Assembly: GCA_965202985.1 (NCBI GenBank)
Contig: CBDBCF010000001.1
Location: forward strand, 1,760,001 to 1,824,000
Origin: Longimicrobiales bacterium
GTDB taxonomy: Bacteria > Gemmatimonadota > Gemmatimonadetes > Longimicrobiales > Gaopeijiaceae
Reading direction: 5' to 3'
DNA: 64,000 bases
In this document: positions 19,085 to 29,491 of the stretch, one piece after another
Position numbering within the stretch: the first letter of the stretch is position 1
Layout: every line of letters begins with the position of its first letter
The notes under the pieces: model-generated
The model's database searches: none
What the model was told of the DNA's origin: nothing
The model's input: only the letters and a program-made list of their open reading frames with translations
Made by a program: the position numbers and the translations under genes

Positions 19085-19392
19085 GATTTCGTTCTCCTGT
19101 TTGGCGGAGGGCTTGCTTCCCCACGACGGGGAACCTAGGACGGTCAAGCTACGAAGTGAGCAGGCGGCAGGCCAGCCTCGTCAGGCGGCGAGCTGGCCTC
19201 GAACGCCGGCGAAAATCCCGGGGCAACCGGAGGGCCCGGCCAACGCGCTTGCCCCGGCGTTGCCCGAGAGAGTACCGTTCGCGGTCGGCAATCCGCAAGT
19301 CTACCGGCTTCGCGAATCCGTGCCCGGTCGCAGGCCCGGCCTTCTTCGCGCGTGTCGCCCGCGACCCTGATTCCACCACGAGGACCGCCCCT

Positions 19393-20292
19393 GTGACAAC
19401 GTGCATTCAACCGCTGATTCCGACCGTCGCCCGACTCGTTCTGGCGATCTCCGGCGCCGCCCTCGCTGCGTGTTCGGGAGGGGCCGAATCGGCCGACGCC
19501 GACCCGGACGCCGACCGCGCTGGCGGCGAGAGGGTGCCCGGCGTTGAGACAGCGCCCGGCCATGACGCCGCCCCGTCGCCTGCTCCGCACTCCGCACCGC
19601 TCGTCCACTTGCTGTCGGAGGGTCAAGTCGCGTTCGGCATCTTCTCGGGTCCCACGACGCGGGAGCAGGGGGCCGAAATGGGACGCAACCGAGGGCTCGA
19701 CTTCGTGTTCTACTCCCTGGAGTCGGGTCCGTTCGACCTGGAGACGATGGCGGAGTACATGGCTGGCGTCGCCGACGGTTCCGGGGTCGATCCCGCCCAT
19801 CCGCTGGTGTTGCGCGTGCCGCCGATTCGGGACGACGAGGCCCAGGCTCGCGAGAACGTGGCGCGGGCGCTGGATGCGGGAGTTGCGGGCGTCGTGTTTC
19901 CCCACGTGGAGTCGGCGGAGGACGCGGTTGCGGCGGTGTCGGCGATGGGGGCGTCGTCGTGGCCGGGCAACGCTGACGGCACGCTGGTGAACATGCTCAT
20001 CGTGGAGGACAGGGCGGGCGTGGAGCGCGTTGACGAGATCGTGGGCACGCCGGGCGCGAGCGTGGTCTTCGCCGGCCCCGGCGACCTGCGGCGGGCGTAC
20101 GAAGGCGACATGACCGCCGTTGAAGACGCCATCCAAACCATCCTGAACGCCTGCAAGACGCACGTCGTTCCGTGCGGCATCACGGCCGGCGCCGACGATA
20201 TCGGAGATCGGATCGCACAGGGCTTTCGCGTGTTCATCGTAAGCGACACGGCCGCCGTGACGGCTGGGCGCTTGGCTGAAGAGGGGAGATGA
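19393..20292 (+). CDS. HpcH/HpaI aldolase-family protein with lipoprotein signal
   Basis: ALDAGVAGVVFPHVES, LIVED..GVERVDEI, VFAGPGDL; lipobox LAAC. Confidence 0.75.
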   Translation: MTTCIQPLIPTVARLVLAISGAALAACSGGAESADADPDADRAGGERVPGVETAPGHDAAPSPAPHSAPLVHLLSEGQVAFGIFSGPTTREQGAEMGRNRGLDFVFYSLESGPFDLETMAEYMAGVADGSGVDPAHPLVLRVPPIRDDEAQARENVARALDAGVAGVVFPHVESAEDAVAAVSAMGASSWPGNADGTLVNMLIVEDRAGVERVDEIVGTPGASVVFAGPGDLRRAYEGDMTAVEDAIQTILNACKTHVVPCGITAGADDIGDRIAQGFRVFIVSDTAAVTAGRLAEEGR

Positions 20293-20296
20293 AGAC

Positions 20297-23140
20297 ATGA
20301 GAATTCGTACAGGAAGCGCGGCCACGGCCAGCTTGAACCGCTCGTTTGCGCTGGTTCGACTGGGCGCGCTCGCCCGTCCGTCGCGCGCGTTGGCAACGCC
20401 GAGCTTGCCGTTCGAGGGTTCGCGTACGCTCGCCGGCTCGTTCGCGTTGGCCGCGGCGCTCGTGCTGGCGCCGATGCCCGCCCGCGTCGTCGGCCAAGAG
20501 GTCGTCGGCCAAGGGCCCGCGCCGGAGATCCCGTCGCCCGAGGCCTTCTTCGGCCATCCGATGGGCGCGGATCGCAAGCTGGCCCGCTGGGACCGGCTGG
20601 TCGCCTACTACGAGCTGATCGGCGAACGCAGCGACCGCGTGCAGGTCGTGCACATGGGGCCGTCGACCTTGGGCGAGCCGTTCCTGGCGCTGTTCGTGTC
20701 GTCGCCCGAGAACTTGGCCCGGCTGGGCGAGCTTCGGGAGATGAACGCCGTCCTTCAGGACCCGCGAGGACGCTCCCAGTCCGAGATCGACGCGGCGGTA
20801 GCCGGCAGCAAGGTCGTGTTCGTCCAGTCGTATGCGCTGCACTCCACGGAGGTCGCAGGCAGCCAGTCGGCGGCGGAGGTCACGTATCTGTTCGCCGTCC
20901 GAGACGACCCGGAGATCCACGAAATACTGGACAACACGGTGTCGATCTTGATCCCGGCGTTCAACCCCGACGGCGTCGACATCGTGACCGAATGGTACGA
21001 TCGCTGGGCGGGCACCGAGTACGAAGGCGCAAGCCCGCCAGAGCTGTACCACCACTACATCGGGCACGACAACAACCGCGACGCCTTCATGCAGAACACG
21101 ATCGAATCGCAGTACGGAGCGCAGATCATCTTTCGCGAGTGGGTGCCGCAAGCCTACATCGATCACCATCAAATGGGCGCGTACACGGCGCGCATCTACC
21201 TGCCGCCCTACGCCGAGCCCATCCGCCCCGGCGCCGATCCGCTGGTGTGGCGCGAAATGTCCTGGTACGGCGCCCACATGGCGTACCGCATGGAGGAAGC
21301 CGGCTTCCAGGGCACGGTGAACGCCGCGATCTACTCGGGCTGGGGGCACTTCGGCTTTCACTGGATCACGCCGTTCCACAATATCGCCGGGATGCTGACA
21401 GAGTCCGCGAGCGCTCGATTGGCCACGCCGCTGTACGTGCATCCGGACCAGCTTCGGGGTTCGCGACAGCTGCCCGAGTACGAAGCGCAGACGACGTTCC
21501 CCAACCCCTGGCCCGGCGGCTGGTGGCGCGTGCGCGACATCGTGGACCGGCAGGTTGCGGCCACGTTCACGCCCTTGGAGCTTGCCGCCAAGAACCGCGA
21601 AACCGTGTTGCGCAACGCCTACCACAAGGCCAGCCGACAAGTCCAGCGCGGGCTGGAGGGCGACGTCAAGGCGTACATCGTGCCCGCGACGCAGCACGAC
21701 CCGCTCACGATGCGGAAGATGGTGCACAAGTTGCTGCTGCAGGGGATCTCCGTCGAGCGTGCGCCCTCCGAGTTTGCGCACGAAGGCCGGTTGTACGGCC
21801 CCGGCAGCTACGTGGTGTCGATGGGCCAGCCCAAGCAGGGCGTGATCCGCTGGCTGCTGGGGCGCACCTTCTATCCGGACAACAGCTATACGCGCAACGC
21901 GGAGGGCGACCCGATTCGGCCCTACGACATGTCCGGCGACGTGCTCGCCGAGTTCATGGGCGTCCGCGTGGACCCGGTCGGGACGCATGTGGAGGCGCGG
22001 TTGGAATCGGTGGCGCTTGCAGACGGGGCGTCGGGCGCTGGGGCGTTGGGCGACCAAGCGTTCACACCCACATCGGACCGGGCGGGCGCGCCGAGCGGCC
22101 CGTGGCACGACCGCTCGGGGCCGTTGTTCGTGGCAGGCGCCGTGGCCGAGTCTGTGCCGGACGGCTACATGATCGACGGGTCGCTGAACGACGCCTTCAA
22201 GGCCGTGAACCTGCTCTTCGACGCGGGCGTGGCCGTGGAGCGGGTCGTGGAGGACGGCGACGGCGCGGCGCGGGGCGACTTCGTGGCCAGCGCCGACGCG
22301 GACCGCGAGACCTTGCAGGAAGTGGCCGCCGCAACCGGCGTGGACTTCGATGCTTTGGACGCCGCCGCCGCGCGCGTTCGCCGTCCCCTGACCCGCCAGC
22401 GCATCGGCATGTACAAGCGCTACTACAACGGCAACATGGACGAAGGCTGGACTCGTTGGCTGCTGGAAGACTTCGGCTTCCCGTACACCAGCCTGTTCGA
22501 CCAGGAGATCTTGGCCGGCGACCTGCACGAGCGGTGGGACGTGATCATTCTGCCGTCGGACAGCAAGACGATGATGCTGGGTCCCACGGAACGGCCCGCC
22601 GGCGGGCGGGGTCCCGATCCCATGTCCACGCCGCCCGACTACCGAAGCGGCTTCGGCGAGGCGGGCGCCGACGCACTGGAATCTTTCGTGCGGAACGGCG
22701 GCACGCTGGTCACCTTCGCCCAGGCCGGCAGCCTTGTCGTGGACGAGTTCGACGTGCCCGTGCGCGACGCCGTGGCCGGCATGTGGGGCAACGACTTCTG
22801 GGCGCCCGGCTCCACGCTGAAGGTCGACGTGGACACCTCCAGTCCCTTCGCCTACGGGATGCCCGAAGACGCGCTGGTCGCCTACTTGGCCGGCGGACAG
22901 GTGTACGAAACCGTCCCCGGCGCCCGAAGCGCCCGAGTGCGCCGCGTCGTCACCTATCGAGAGCGCGACATCTTGCAGAGCGGCTGGCTGCTGGGCGAAG
23001 AAGCGATCGCCAAGAAAGCCGCCATGGTGTCGGTGGAGCACGGCGAAGGCGTCGTCGTGATGATCGGCTTCCGTGCCCAGCACCGTGCCCAGACGCACGG
23101 CACGTTCAAGCTCCTGTTCAACGCGCTGATGGGAGGGTGA
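20297..23140 (+). CDS. M14-family zinc carboxypeptidase-like protein with C-terminal GATase-like domain
   Basis: LHSTE, FNPDG, DNNRD, DHHQMG; C-terminal MDEGWTRWLLE, FVRNGGTLV, GFRAQHRAQTHGTFKLLFN. Confidence 0.88.
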   Translation: MRIRTGSAATASLNRSFALVRLGALARPSRALATPSLPFEGSRTLAGSFALAAALVLAPMPARVVGQEVVGQGPAPEIPSPEAFFGHPMGADRKLARWDRLVAYYELIGERSDRVQVVHMGPSTLGEPFLALFVSSPENLARLGELREMNAVLQDPRGRSQSEIDAAVAGSKVVFVQSYALHSTEVAGSQSAAEVTYLFAVRDDPEIHEILDNTVSILIPAFNPDGVDIVTEWYDRWAGTEYEGASPPELYHHYIGHDNNRDAFMQNTIESQYGAQIIFREWVPQAYIDHHQMGAYTARIYLPPYAEPIRPGADPLVWREMSWYGAHMAYRMEEAGFQGTVNAAIYSGWGHFGFHWITPFHNIAGMLTESASARLATPLYVHPDQLRGSRQLPEYEAQTTFPNPWPGGWWRVRDIVDRQVAATFTPLELAAKNRETVLRNAYHKASRQVQRGLEGDVKAYIVPATQHDPLTMRKMVHKLLLQGISVERAPSEFAHEGRLYGPGSYVVSMGQPKQGVIRWLLGRTFYPDNSYTRNAEGDPIRPYDMSGDVLAEFMGVRVDPVGTHVEARLESVALADGASGAGALGDQAFTPTSDRAGAPSGPWHDRSGPLFVAGAVAESVPDGYMIDGSLNDAFKAVNLLFDAGVAVERVVEDGDGAARGDFVASADADRETLQEVAAATGVDFDALDAAAARVRRPLTRQRIGMYKRYYNGNMDEGWTRWLLEDFGFPYTSLFDQEILAGDLHERWDVIILPSDSKTMMLGPTERPAGGRGPDPMSTPPDYRSGFGEAGADALESFVRNGGTLVTFAQAGSLVVDEFDVPVRDAVAGMWGNDFWAPGSTLKVDVDTSSPFAYGMPEDALVAYLAGGQVYETVPGARSARVRRVVTYRERDILQSGWLLGEEAIAKKAAMVSVEHGEGVVVMIGFRAQHRAQTHGTFKLLFNALMGG

Positions 23141-24325
23141 AGGGGGTCGACGTCAACCCGGAAGTCCTGCGGTGGGCGCGCGAGACTGCCGGGCTCGGTC
23201 TCGCCGACGCTGTCGGCAAGCTGCAGTTGAGGAGTGCCCGGGGAGTCGATGCCGTTGATCGGCTTGAGGCACTGGAGGCCGGTCGTCAAGCCCCCACACG
23301 CGCCATGCTGTCCAAGATGGCTCTTGTGTATCGTCGCCCGCTTGTCGTCTTCTATCTGGACCAGCCTCCAAGACGAGCGAACAGAGGTGAAGACTATCGG
23401 ACCGACTCGTCCGAGCGCTCGGCGCGGGACGAGGCCCGGCTGGATGCGCTGATTCGAGGGGTTCGCGCCAGACAGGGCATCCTTAAGTCCGCCATGCTCG
23501 ACCAAGACGATACGGAGCCAGTCGCGTTCGTCGGCTCGGCTTCGCTGAACGACGGCATCCAAAGAGTCGTTGCATCGGCTCACGCAACCCTTGACTTGTC
23601 GCTTGCCCAATTCCGCGAAGCTCCTACTCCGGAGAAGGCTTTCGGGCTCCTGCGTGGCCAGGCCGAGCGCGCCGGAGTGTTCGTGTTGCTGCAGGGCGAT
23701 CTCGGAAGTCATCACACCCGCATCGGGGCCGGTGTCTTCCGAGGAATAGCGCTCTCCGACACTATTGCCCCATTCGTGGTGCTCAATCCCAACGACCACC
23801 GTCGAGCCTGGGCATTTACTCTCCTACACGAACTGGCGCACCTGTGGCTGGGCGAGACCAGTGTGAGCGGCGGCTTTCCGCCGGCGCGTACTGTCGAAAA
23901 GTTCTGCAACGATGTCGCCTCGAGGTTCTTGTTGCCACCCGCCGACTTGCAGCAGATCGATCCGCCAAGCGGATGCAGCATCACAACCCTCGCCTCGGCA
24001 CTGCGCGGTTATGCGAAGGATCGAAACGTCAGCACCTCGATGATGGCCTACCGACTTCATCGCTACGGCAAGATCGACCACCCCACGTGGCAGAGATTTG
24101 TTGCCTATTGGGAGGATTCGCACGAATCGGAATCGGGAGGCCTCGTTAGAGCAGTCTGGTGCCCCTACCTACTACGTGATCCGACGACATCACCTGGGTT
24201 CGAGGCTGTTGCGGTTGACCGACCACCTTATGGCCACGGGGGATCTGACCACTACCAAAGCTGCTCAGGTATTGAACGTAAGTCCACACCTGGTTCATCG
24301 AATTGCCGACGCTGTATCTTCTTGA
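23137..24325 (+). pseudogene. XRE-HTH + ImmA/IrrE metallopeptidase, frameshifted near 24110
   Basis: VNPEVLRWARETAGL HTH; FTLLHELAHLW; plausible tail GAPTYYVIRRHHLG..LTTTKAAQVL lies in another frame. Confidence 0.8.
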
Positions 24326-24546
24326 TGCCAATGTACTCATTGGCGCAAGTAGGGACTACTATCCCATGGATCGTGTCCCGGAATTCTGGAAGTGGCTGTT
24401 GCACTTGGGAGAAACCGACCGGGTCAAGATGCCCGCGGAAATTCACGAAGAAGTGGGACGCGGCAACGACGTCTTGTCCAAGTGGATTCGCCAGCCCGAC
24501 AACAAGCGACGCTTGATCTTGAATAGAGCTGCGGATCGTCATCTAG

Positions 24547-26075
24547 CAGCCCGTGGATAAAGTCCTTCCGGGCGGCGTTGGGGATAGGGGTTAGATTGGA
24601 GGGAGGCGACGATTCCCTGGAAGGAGGACGGCGATGGCGTTGGGCAAGCGTCCGAGCGTGCGCCAGGAGGCGCTGTTCGTGGCGACCAGCGAGATCAGCG
24701 TGACCGAGCATCCGTTCTACCGCGCGCTGGACAAGCTGTTGCGGGAGGACGGGTTCGACGAGTTCGCGGAGGAGGTGTGCGCCGAGTTCTACGCGGGCAA
24801 CGTGGGTCGGCCGGGAGTTCCTCCGAGTGTGTACTTCCGGGCGCTGATGGTGGGGTACTTGGAGGGCATCTCGTCGGAGCGGGGCATCGCCTGGCGGTGC
24901 AGGGACTCGTTTTCGGTGCGGGCGTTCCTGGGGTACGAGCTGACGAGGAACCCGCCGGACCATTCGAGCCTGTCGAAGACGCGCAAGCGGCTGAGCGTGG
25001 AGGCGCACGTCGCGGTGTTCGCGCGCGTGCTGCGGCTGGTGGACGACTCGGGGCTGCTGGGGGGCGGGACGCTGGGGGTGGACTCGACGACTTTGGAGGC
25101 GAACGCGGCGATGCGCTCGATCGTGCGTCGGGACGCGGGCACGGGCTACGAGGCGTGGCTGCGGGAGCTGGCGCGGGCGTCGGGGATCGAGACGCCGACG
25201 CGCGCGGAGTTGGCGAAGCTGGACCGGAGGCGTCCGAAGAAGGGGTCGAACGCGGAGTGGGTGCATCCGGGGGACCCGGAGGCGCGGATCACGAAGATGA
25301 AGGACGGGCGCACGCGGCTTGGTCACAAGCTGGAGCAGGCGGTGGACCTGGAGTCGGGCGCGGTGGTGGGCGTGACGGTGCAGACGACGGACGGGGGCGA
25401 CGCGGCGTCGCTGCCGGAGACGCTGGACGAGGCGGAGCGGCGGCTGGCGGAGCTGGGTGCTGGGGCGGCGGAAGTGGTGTGCGACAAGGGCTATCACTCG
25501 AACAGGACGATGACGGAGTTGGAGGACCGCGGGCTGCGCGGCTACGTGAGCGAGCCCGAGCGCGGTCGGCGGAGCTGGAAGCAGAACAAGGAAGCCCAGA
25601 AGCCGGTCTACGCGAACCGGCGGCGGATTCGGGGCGAGCGCGGCAAGGCGCTGCTGAGGATGCGGGGCGAGAAGCTCGAGCGCTCGTTCGCGCACCTGCT
25701 GGAGACGGGCGGGCTTCGCCGCGTGCACGTTCGCGGCCACGAGGACATCCGCAAGCGGATGCTGATTCACGTCGCCGCCTTCAACCTCGGACTGCTCATG
25801 CGAAGACGCTTCGGCGTCGGCACGCCTCGGGGCCTGCAGGGCCGCCCCGCCGCAGCGCAAGCTGTGCTCGATTCCTGCGCGACGGGTGCCACATCCCGCG
25901 TTTTGCGCCGATTTTGCCGCCCATTGGCCGCTCCCGGGCCGCTCGAGCGCCTCCTGGGGCCGCTTCGAGCCCAATTCCGCGAATTCCGCGCGTTCGCGCC
26001 GTCGAGAGCCCGGTAAACGCCCGTGTCCCGCCAAGTTCCGTCGCGCACGCGCCAAACCCGTTTATCCACGGGCTG
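24547..26075 (+). mobile_element. Intact 1529-bp insertion sequence (IS1182-like)
   Basis: Perfect 15-bp IRs cagcccgtggataaa / tttatccacgggctg; CTAG duplicated at 24543-24546 and 26076-26079. Confidence 0.95.
24634..26016 (+). CDS. DDE transposase (IS1182/IS5-like)
   Basis: GRP..P, PDHSSLS, VDSTTLEANA, CDKGY, LERSFAH; GGAGG RBS; uninterrupted 460 aa. Confidence 0.92.
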   Translation: MALGKRPSVRQEALFVATSEISVTEHPFYRALDKLLREDGFDEFAEEVCAEFYAGNVGRPGVPPSVYFRALMVGYLEGISSERGIAWRCRDSFSVRAFLGYELTRNPPDHSSLSKTRKRLSVEAHVAVFARVLRLVDDSGLLGGGTLGVDSTTLEANAAMRSIVRRDAGTGYEAWLRELARASGIETPTRAELAKLDRRRPKKGSNAEWVHPGDPEARITKMKDGRTRLGHKLEQAVDLESGAVVGVTVQTTDGGDAASLPETLDEAERRLAELGAGAAEVVCDKGYHSNRTMTELEDRGLRGYVSEPERGRRSWKQNKEAQKPVYANRRRIRGERGKALLRMRGEKLERSFAHLLETGGLRRVHVRGHEDIRKRMLIHVAAFNLGLLMRRRFGVGTPRGLQGRPAAAQAVLDSCATGATSRVLRRFCRPLAAPGPLERLLGPLRAQFREFRAFAPSRAR

Positions 26076-26484
26076 CTAGTGAATCGTGCGGTGACGGAAG
26101 GATACGCCCCCGACTTGTCCGACGAGGAGCTCGAAAAGGTGGGGCGAGATCCGTTCCTGATCGCTTATGCACTTCGAAAACGTCGCTTTTCACTGTATCG
26201 TCACAACCGAGACATCCCGGCCGAACAAGGAGCGTGCAAACCGAAAGCTACCTGACGTAGCAGCTCACTTCGGAATTCGTACTTGCGATACTTTCGCACT
26301 AGTGCGGGAACTGGATTTCACGACCGAACGGTACCAGGGCCATGTGGACGGCCCGCTGTTCTCGACCTAGCCGCGTGTCAGTCGTTTGCCTGGCGTCTTC
26401 TTCCACGGGTACAAGTCCGGGATAAAGAAGCTAGCGCGCCGCCACCGGACGACGAGGACGGCCCGCCGCCGCCGTCGGCCATCG

Positions 26485-28140
26485 TCAGTTCGCAACGACG
26501 ACCGCCGCTTCCGCGACCGTGATCGCCGAGGCAGCGGCCATTTCGCGGTAGTAGCGGACGAAGCGGCGAGTCTCGAAGGCGTCGTACGAGGCCAGGTTCT
26601 CGGCCCAGCGGTAGCCGATCGGCTGGAAGCGAAGGCGGGCGGCGACGGTGAAGGGTCCGCCGGCGCGCCCCACGTCCACGGAGTAGCGGACCCGGTCGCC
26701 GCCGGGACCGAAGTCGTCGTCGGAACGGGCCGCGCCCCGAACGGCCGCCCTCTCCCCGGCAACCCCTGCGTCGAAGCCCTCGGGGAGCAGCCGGTTGTCC
26801 TTGGCCCATGCCTCCGCGGACATCAAGCCCGTCGTGACCTGCCCGGCGCGGTCGATCATCACCGACTGGTAGACCTGCACTTGGTCCGGCGAACGGATCA
26901 CGACGTGGTGCGGCTCGTAGGCGGAGCTGTCGCGGTCGTGGTCGTCGCCCTCGATGCTGCCGTCCGCGGCGATCGCCCCCGACTCCAAGACCGTCCTGCC
27001 GTCGGCGCCGGTCACGACGACGTGAAGCCAAGCGCGCCGAGACGGGTAGCCCGTGGGGAACTTGTGGCCGGCGTGGTTGCGCACTTTCACGTCGAAAACC
27101 AGCCGCGCGTCCCGTCCCTCGCCGGCCTGCACTTGCGCGCCGGTCACGGTCACGCTTGCGGTGGCGCTTCTCAGGTGGTCCTCGGTGCGAAGCGCGGACA
27201 GCTCCATCTCGGCGGGAAGGGCCGCGGTGCCCAGCTCGTCGCGATAGCGGTCCAGCATCCGAAGCATGAAGAAGTTGCCGCCCCTGAAGACGTGGCGAGA
27301 GACCTCGGGCCGTGCGCGTCCCAGCACCATCGTCACAGGCAAGTCCTCCTCCACTTCGGGCATGTGGCAGTCTTGGCAGCTCTGCCGTCCGGCGAAGGCG
27401 CTCGCCTGCCACTCCAAGTAGGGGACCTGCTCTGGGAACTCGGGGCCCGCTTCGCCGTCCGGGCGAACGGCGTGGGTGAAGAGGGTGTGGCACGTCGCGC
27501 ACAGCTTTGACGACTGGACGTGCTCGCCTTCCCGGGGGCGAAAGCCCGTGGCCGAGTGCATGATCCCGGCCCCGCCCGAGTCGGGTTCGAAGGGACCGTA
27601 GACCGGCATTCCCTCCGGCGGCGCCGACAGGTCGACGACGAAGCCGCCCGAGAAGCTCTCCTCTGCACCGAAGTTGTCGGGCCTCACGCGGTGGCAGACG
27701 GTGCACGACACGCCGTCGGCGGCCAGCCTGGCCATCTCGCCGTCGCTTCCCGCGGGCAGGTGGGCGAAGACTTGGCCCGCGCCGCCCCGGCGCTCGGTCG
27801 CGACGCTCGCCATCGGCATGTGGCAGCGCGAGCACTCGGCCTCGATCCGCGCCGTCGCCTCCGGGTAGTCCATGACCTCGCGCCGTACGGCCGCCTGCCA
27901 GTAGGGGTCGCGGGCGCTGTTGGCCATCATCGACGCGCGCCAGTCGTGGCCGATCGACGCCCCGACGCCGTCGCTCGTGGTCACGCCCTGGTGGCAGGCG
28001 ATGCACCGGTCGGCGGTGGCGAACGGCTCGGCGTCCTGGGCGGCGGCGCGGGCGAGCATGAAGGGGCCGGGCAACACCAGAAGGCAGCCCCCGGCCAACG
28101 CCAAGCCGGCGAATCGGACACGCGCGTGTCGGGTCGCCAC
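26485..28140 (-). CDS. Secreted pentaheme c-type cytochrome
   Basis: Five CxxCH (CIACH, CSRCH, CTVCH, CATCH, CQDCH); signal peptide; AGHKFPTG C-terminal domain. Confidence 0.9.
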   Translation of the reverse strand: MATRHARVRFAGLALAGGCLLVLPGPFMLARAAAQDAEPFATADRCIACHQGVTTSDGVGASIGHDWRASMMANSARDPYWQAAVRREVMDYPEATARIEAECSRCHMPMASVATERRGGAGQVFAHLPAGSDGEMARLAADGVSCTVCHRVRPDNFGAEESFSGGFVVDLSAPPEGMPVYGPFEPDSGGAGIMHSATGFRPREGEHVQSSKLCATCHTLFTHAVRPDGEAGPEFPEQVPYLEWQASAFAGRQSCQDCHMPEVEEDLPVTMVLGRARPEVSRHVFRGGNFFMLRMLDRYRDELGTAALPAEMELSALRTEDHLRSATASVTVTGAQVQAGEGRDARLVFDVKVRNHAGHKFPTGYPSRRAWLHVVVTGADGRTVLESGAIAADGSIEGDDHDRDSSAYEPHHVVIRSPDQVQVYQSVMIDRAGQVTTGLMSAEAWAKDNRLLPEGFDAGVAGERAAVRGAARSDDDFGPGGDRVRYSVDVGRAGGPFTVAARLRFQPIGYRWAENLASYDAFETRRFVRYYREMAAASAITVAEAAVVVAN

Positions 28141-28141
28141 C

Positions 28142-29356
28142 CTACCAGCCCTCCCAGAAGCCGCCGTCGAACCAGTCCAGGAGCACGTAGCTCACCAGGC
28201 GCGTCCCGCGTCCTCGCCGGTCCGACACCGGGACCAGCACGCCCACGTTGGCCAGCACGTGTTGGCGCGTGTTCAGGGCGATCTGCATCTGCGGCACCAA
28301 GTCGGCGTAGACCTCCGCGTCGTCGGAGCCCAGGGCGCGGTTGGCCACGAACTCCACCATCGGCGTCCAGGACCGACCCCACGCGCCGCTGGCGAAGCCG
28401 CGCCCAAGGACCAGTCGGCCGTAGGCGCGCACCTCCCCGCCGTCGTGAAGCGGCACTCGCGCCCCGGTCTGTCCCTGCAGGAACGAGTCCTCGCCCAGAA
28501 GCTGCCCGAAGTGCAGGAAGCCGCCCAGCGACGCGCCCCGTGGTTCCGTCGCGTCCGGGTCCGCGCTGGCGGGGAAGTGCACGTCGCCCGACACTGAGAC
28601 GATCGAGCCCGACTCGATGCTGTGAAAGAAGGCGTGCTTGACGGCGATCTCCACCTCGCCCAGCCTCGCCCGCCCGCCTTCGCCGCCCTCTCCGCGCTCC
28701 CACTCGTACGGAATCGCGACTTCCCACTGGCTTCTGGGCCCGAACCGCTGCTCGTAGACGAACTCCGCGCCGCCCCGTCCGCTCCCGTCGACGGGCAAGC
28801 TGGCCGAGACCACCCATTCGTCCTCCGGGTACGCCTTCTCGGTGATCAGCGGGCGGGGCAGGTTGAGCTCGCCTCGGGGCCAAGCCGCGTCGGTGCACAT
28901 CGTGCGGATGTAGTCCATGACCCGCTGCAGCTGCTCCGGCGACAGTGCGCCCCGGAACGCCGGCATCATCTCGCTGAACCCCCGCACCGGCCCGCCTTCG
29001 TGGGCCACGGCGACCCAGTCGGCGTTGGGCTCCCTGGCGGCGAAGTCGCAGTCGGTGAAGTCCGGGACCTCTTCCTCGAAGGCGAGAAGGGCCGGGTCGG
29101 TTCCGCGTCCGTCGGCCCCGTGACAGTTTGCGCACGACGCTTGGTAGATGACCTCTCCCGTGGCGGACGCCAGGTCGTCGGGCGGCTGGGCTGCGAGCGC
29201 CGGGGACGACAGGGCGATGGCCAAGGCCAGAAGGGACAGCCCGCGCGCTCGGGAGCCGAGCGTCCGGCGGCCGAGCAGAGGTCGAGGTCGAACGATGGCG
29301 GCCGTCGCGGGAGGGAGTCCCTGGGCTGGATTCGGATTCGAGCGGATCAAGGCCAT
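28142..29356 (-). CDS. Mono-heme cytochrome c fused to a predicted beta-barrel domain
   Basis: Signal ALAAQ; CANCHG..MMPAF; C-terminal ~250 aa of alternating hydrophobic strands ending in Trp; start uncertain. Confidence 0.75.
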   Translation of the reverse strand: MALIRSNPNPAQGLPPATAAIVRPRPLLGRRTLGSRARGLSLLALAIALSSPALAAQPPDDLASATGEVIYQASCANCHGADGRGTDPALLAFEEEVPDFTDCDFAAREPNADWVAVAHEGGPVRGFSEMMPAFRGALSPEQLQRVMDYIRTMCTDAAWPRGELNLPRPLITEKAYPEDEWVVSASLPVDGSGRGGAEFVYEQRFGPRSQWEVAIPYEWERGEGGEGGRARLGEVEIAVKHAFFHSIESGSIVSVSGDVHFPASADPDATEPRGASLGGFLHFGQLLGEDSFLQGQTGARVPLHDGGEVRAYGRLVLGRGFASGAWGRSWTPMVEFVANRALGSDDAEVYADLVPQMQIALNTRQHVLANVGVLVPVSDRRGRGTRLVSYVLLDWFDGGFWEGW

Positions 29357-29491
29357 CGGTGGGTTGCTTGGCGTCCTTCGTGGGCGTGTCCAGGGGGCTC
29401 CGAGGGGCAACGTAGACCCCGGTCCGTGGTCCGTGAAAGTCTGTCCCATCCAGCTATGGAGTGTCCCAAAACGGATCGCAAATTGGCCCGC

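Larger units (their letters stand above)
24303..26370 (+). pseudogene. DUF4411 (PIN-like) protein, interrupted by an IS and frameshifted
   Basis: YLLDANVLI..YY..PEFWKWL before the IS; resumes at 26076 LVNRAVTEGY..DPFLIAYA; second shift near 26175 into IVTTE..KLPDV. Confidence 0.85.

Noticed and set aside
20992..24516. 1174-aa ORF as a single fusion protein
   Set aside because: The first ~715 codons are an off-frame overlap of the M14 gene; real coding starts at GTG 23137
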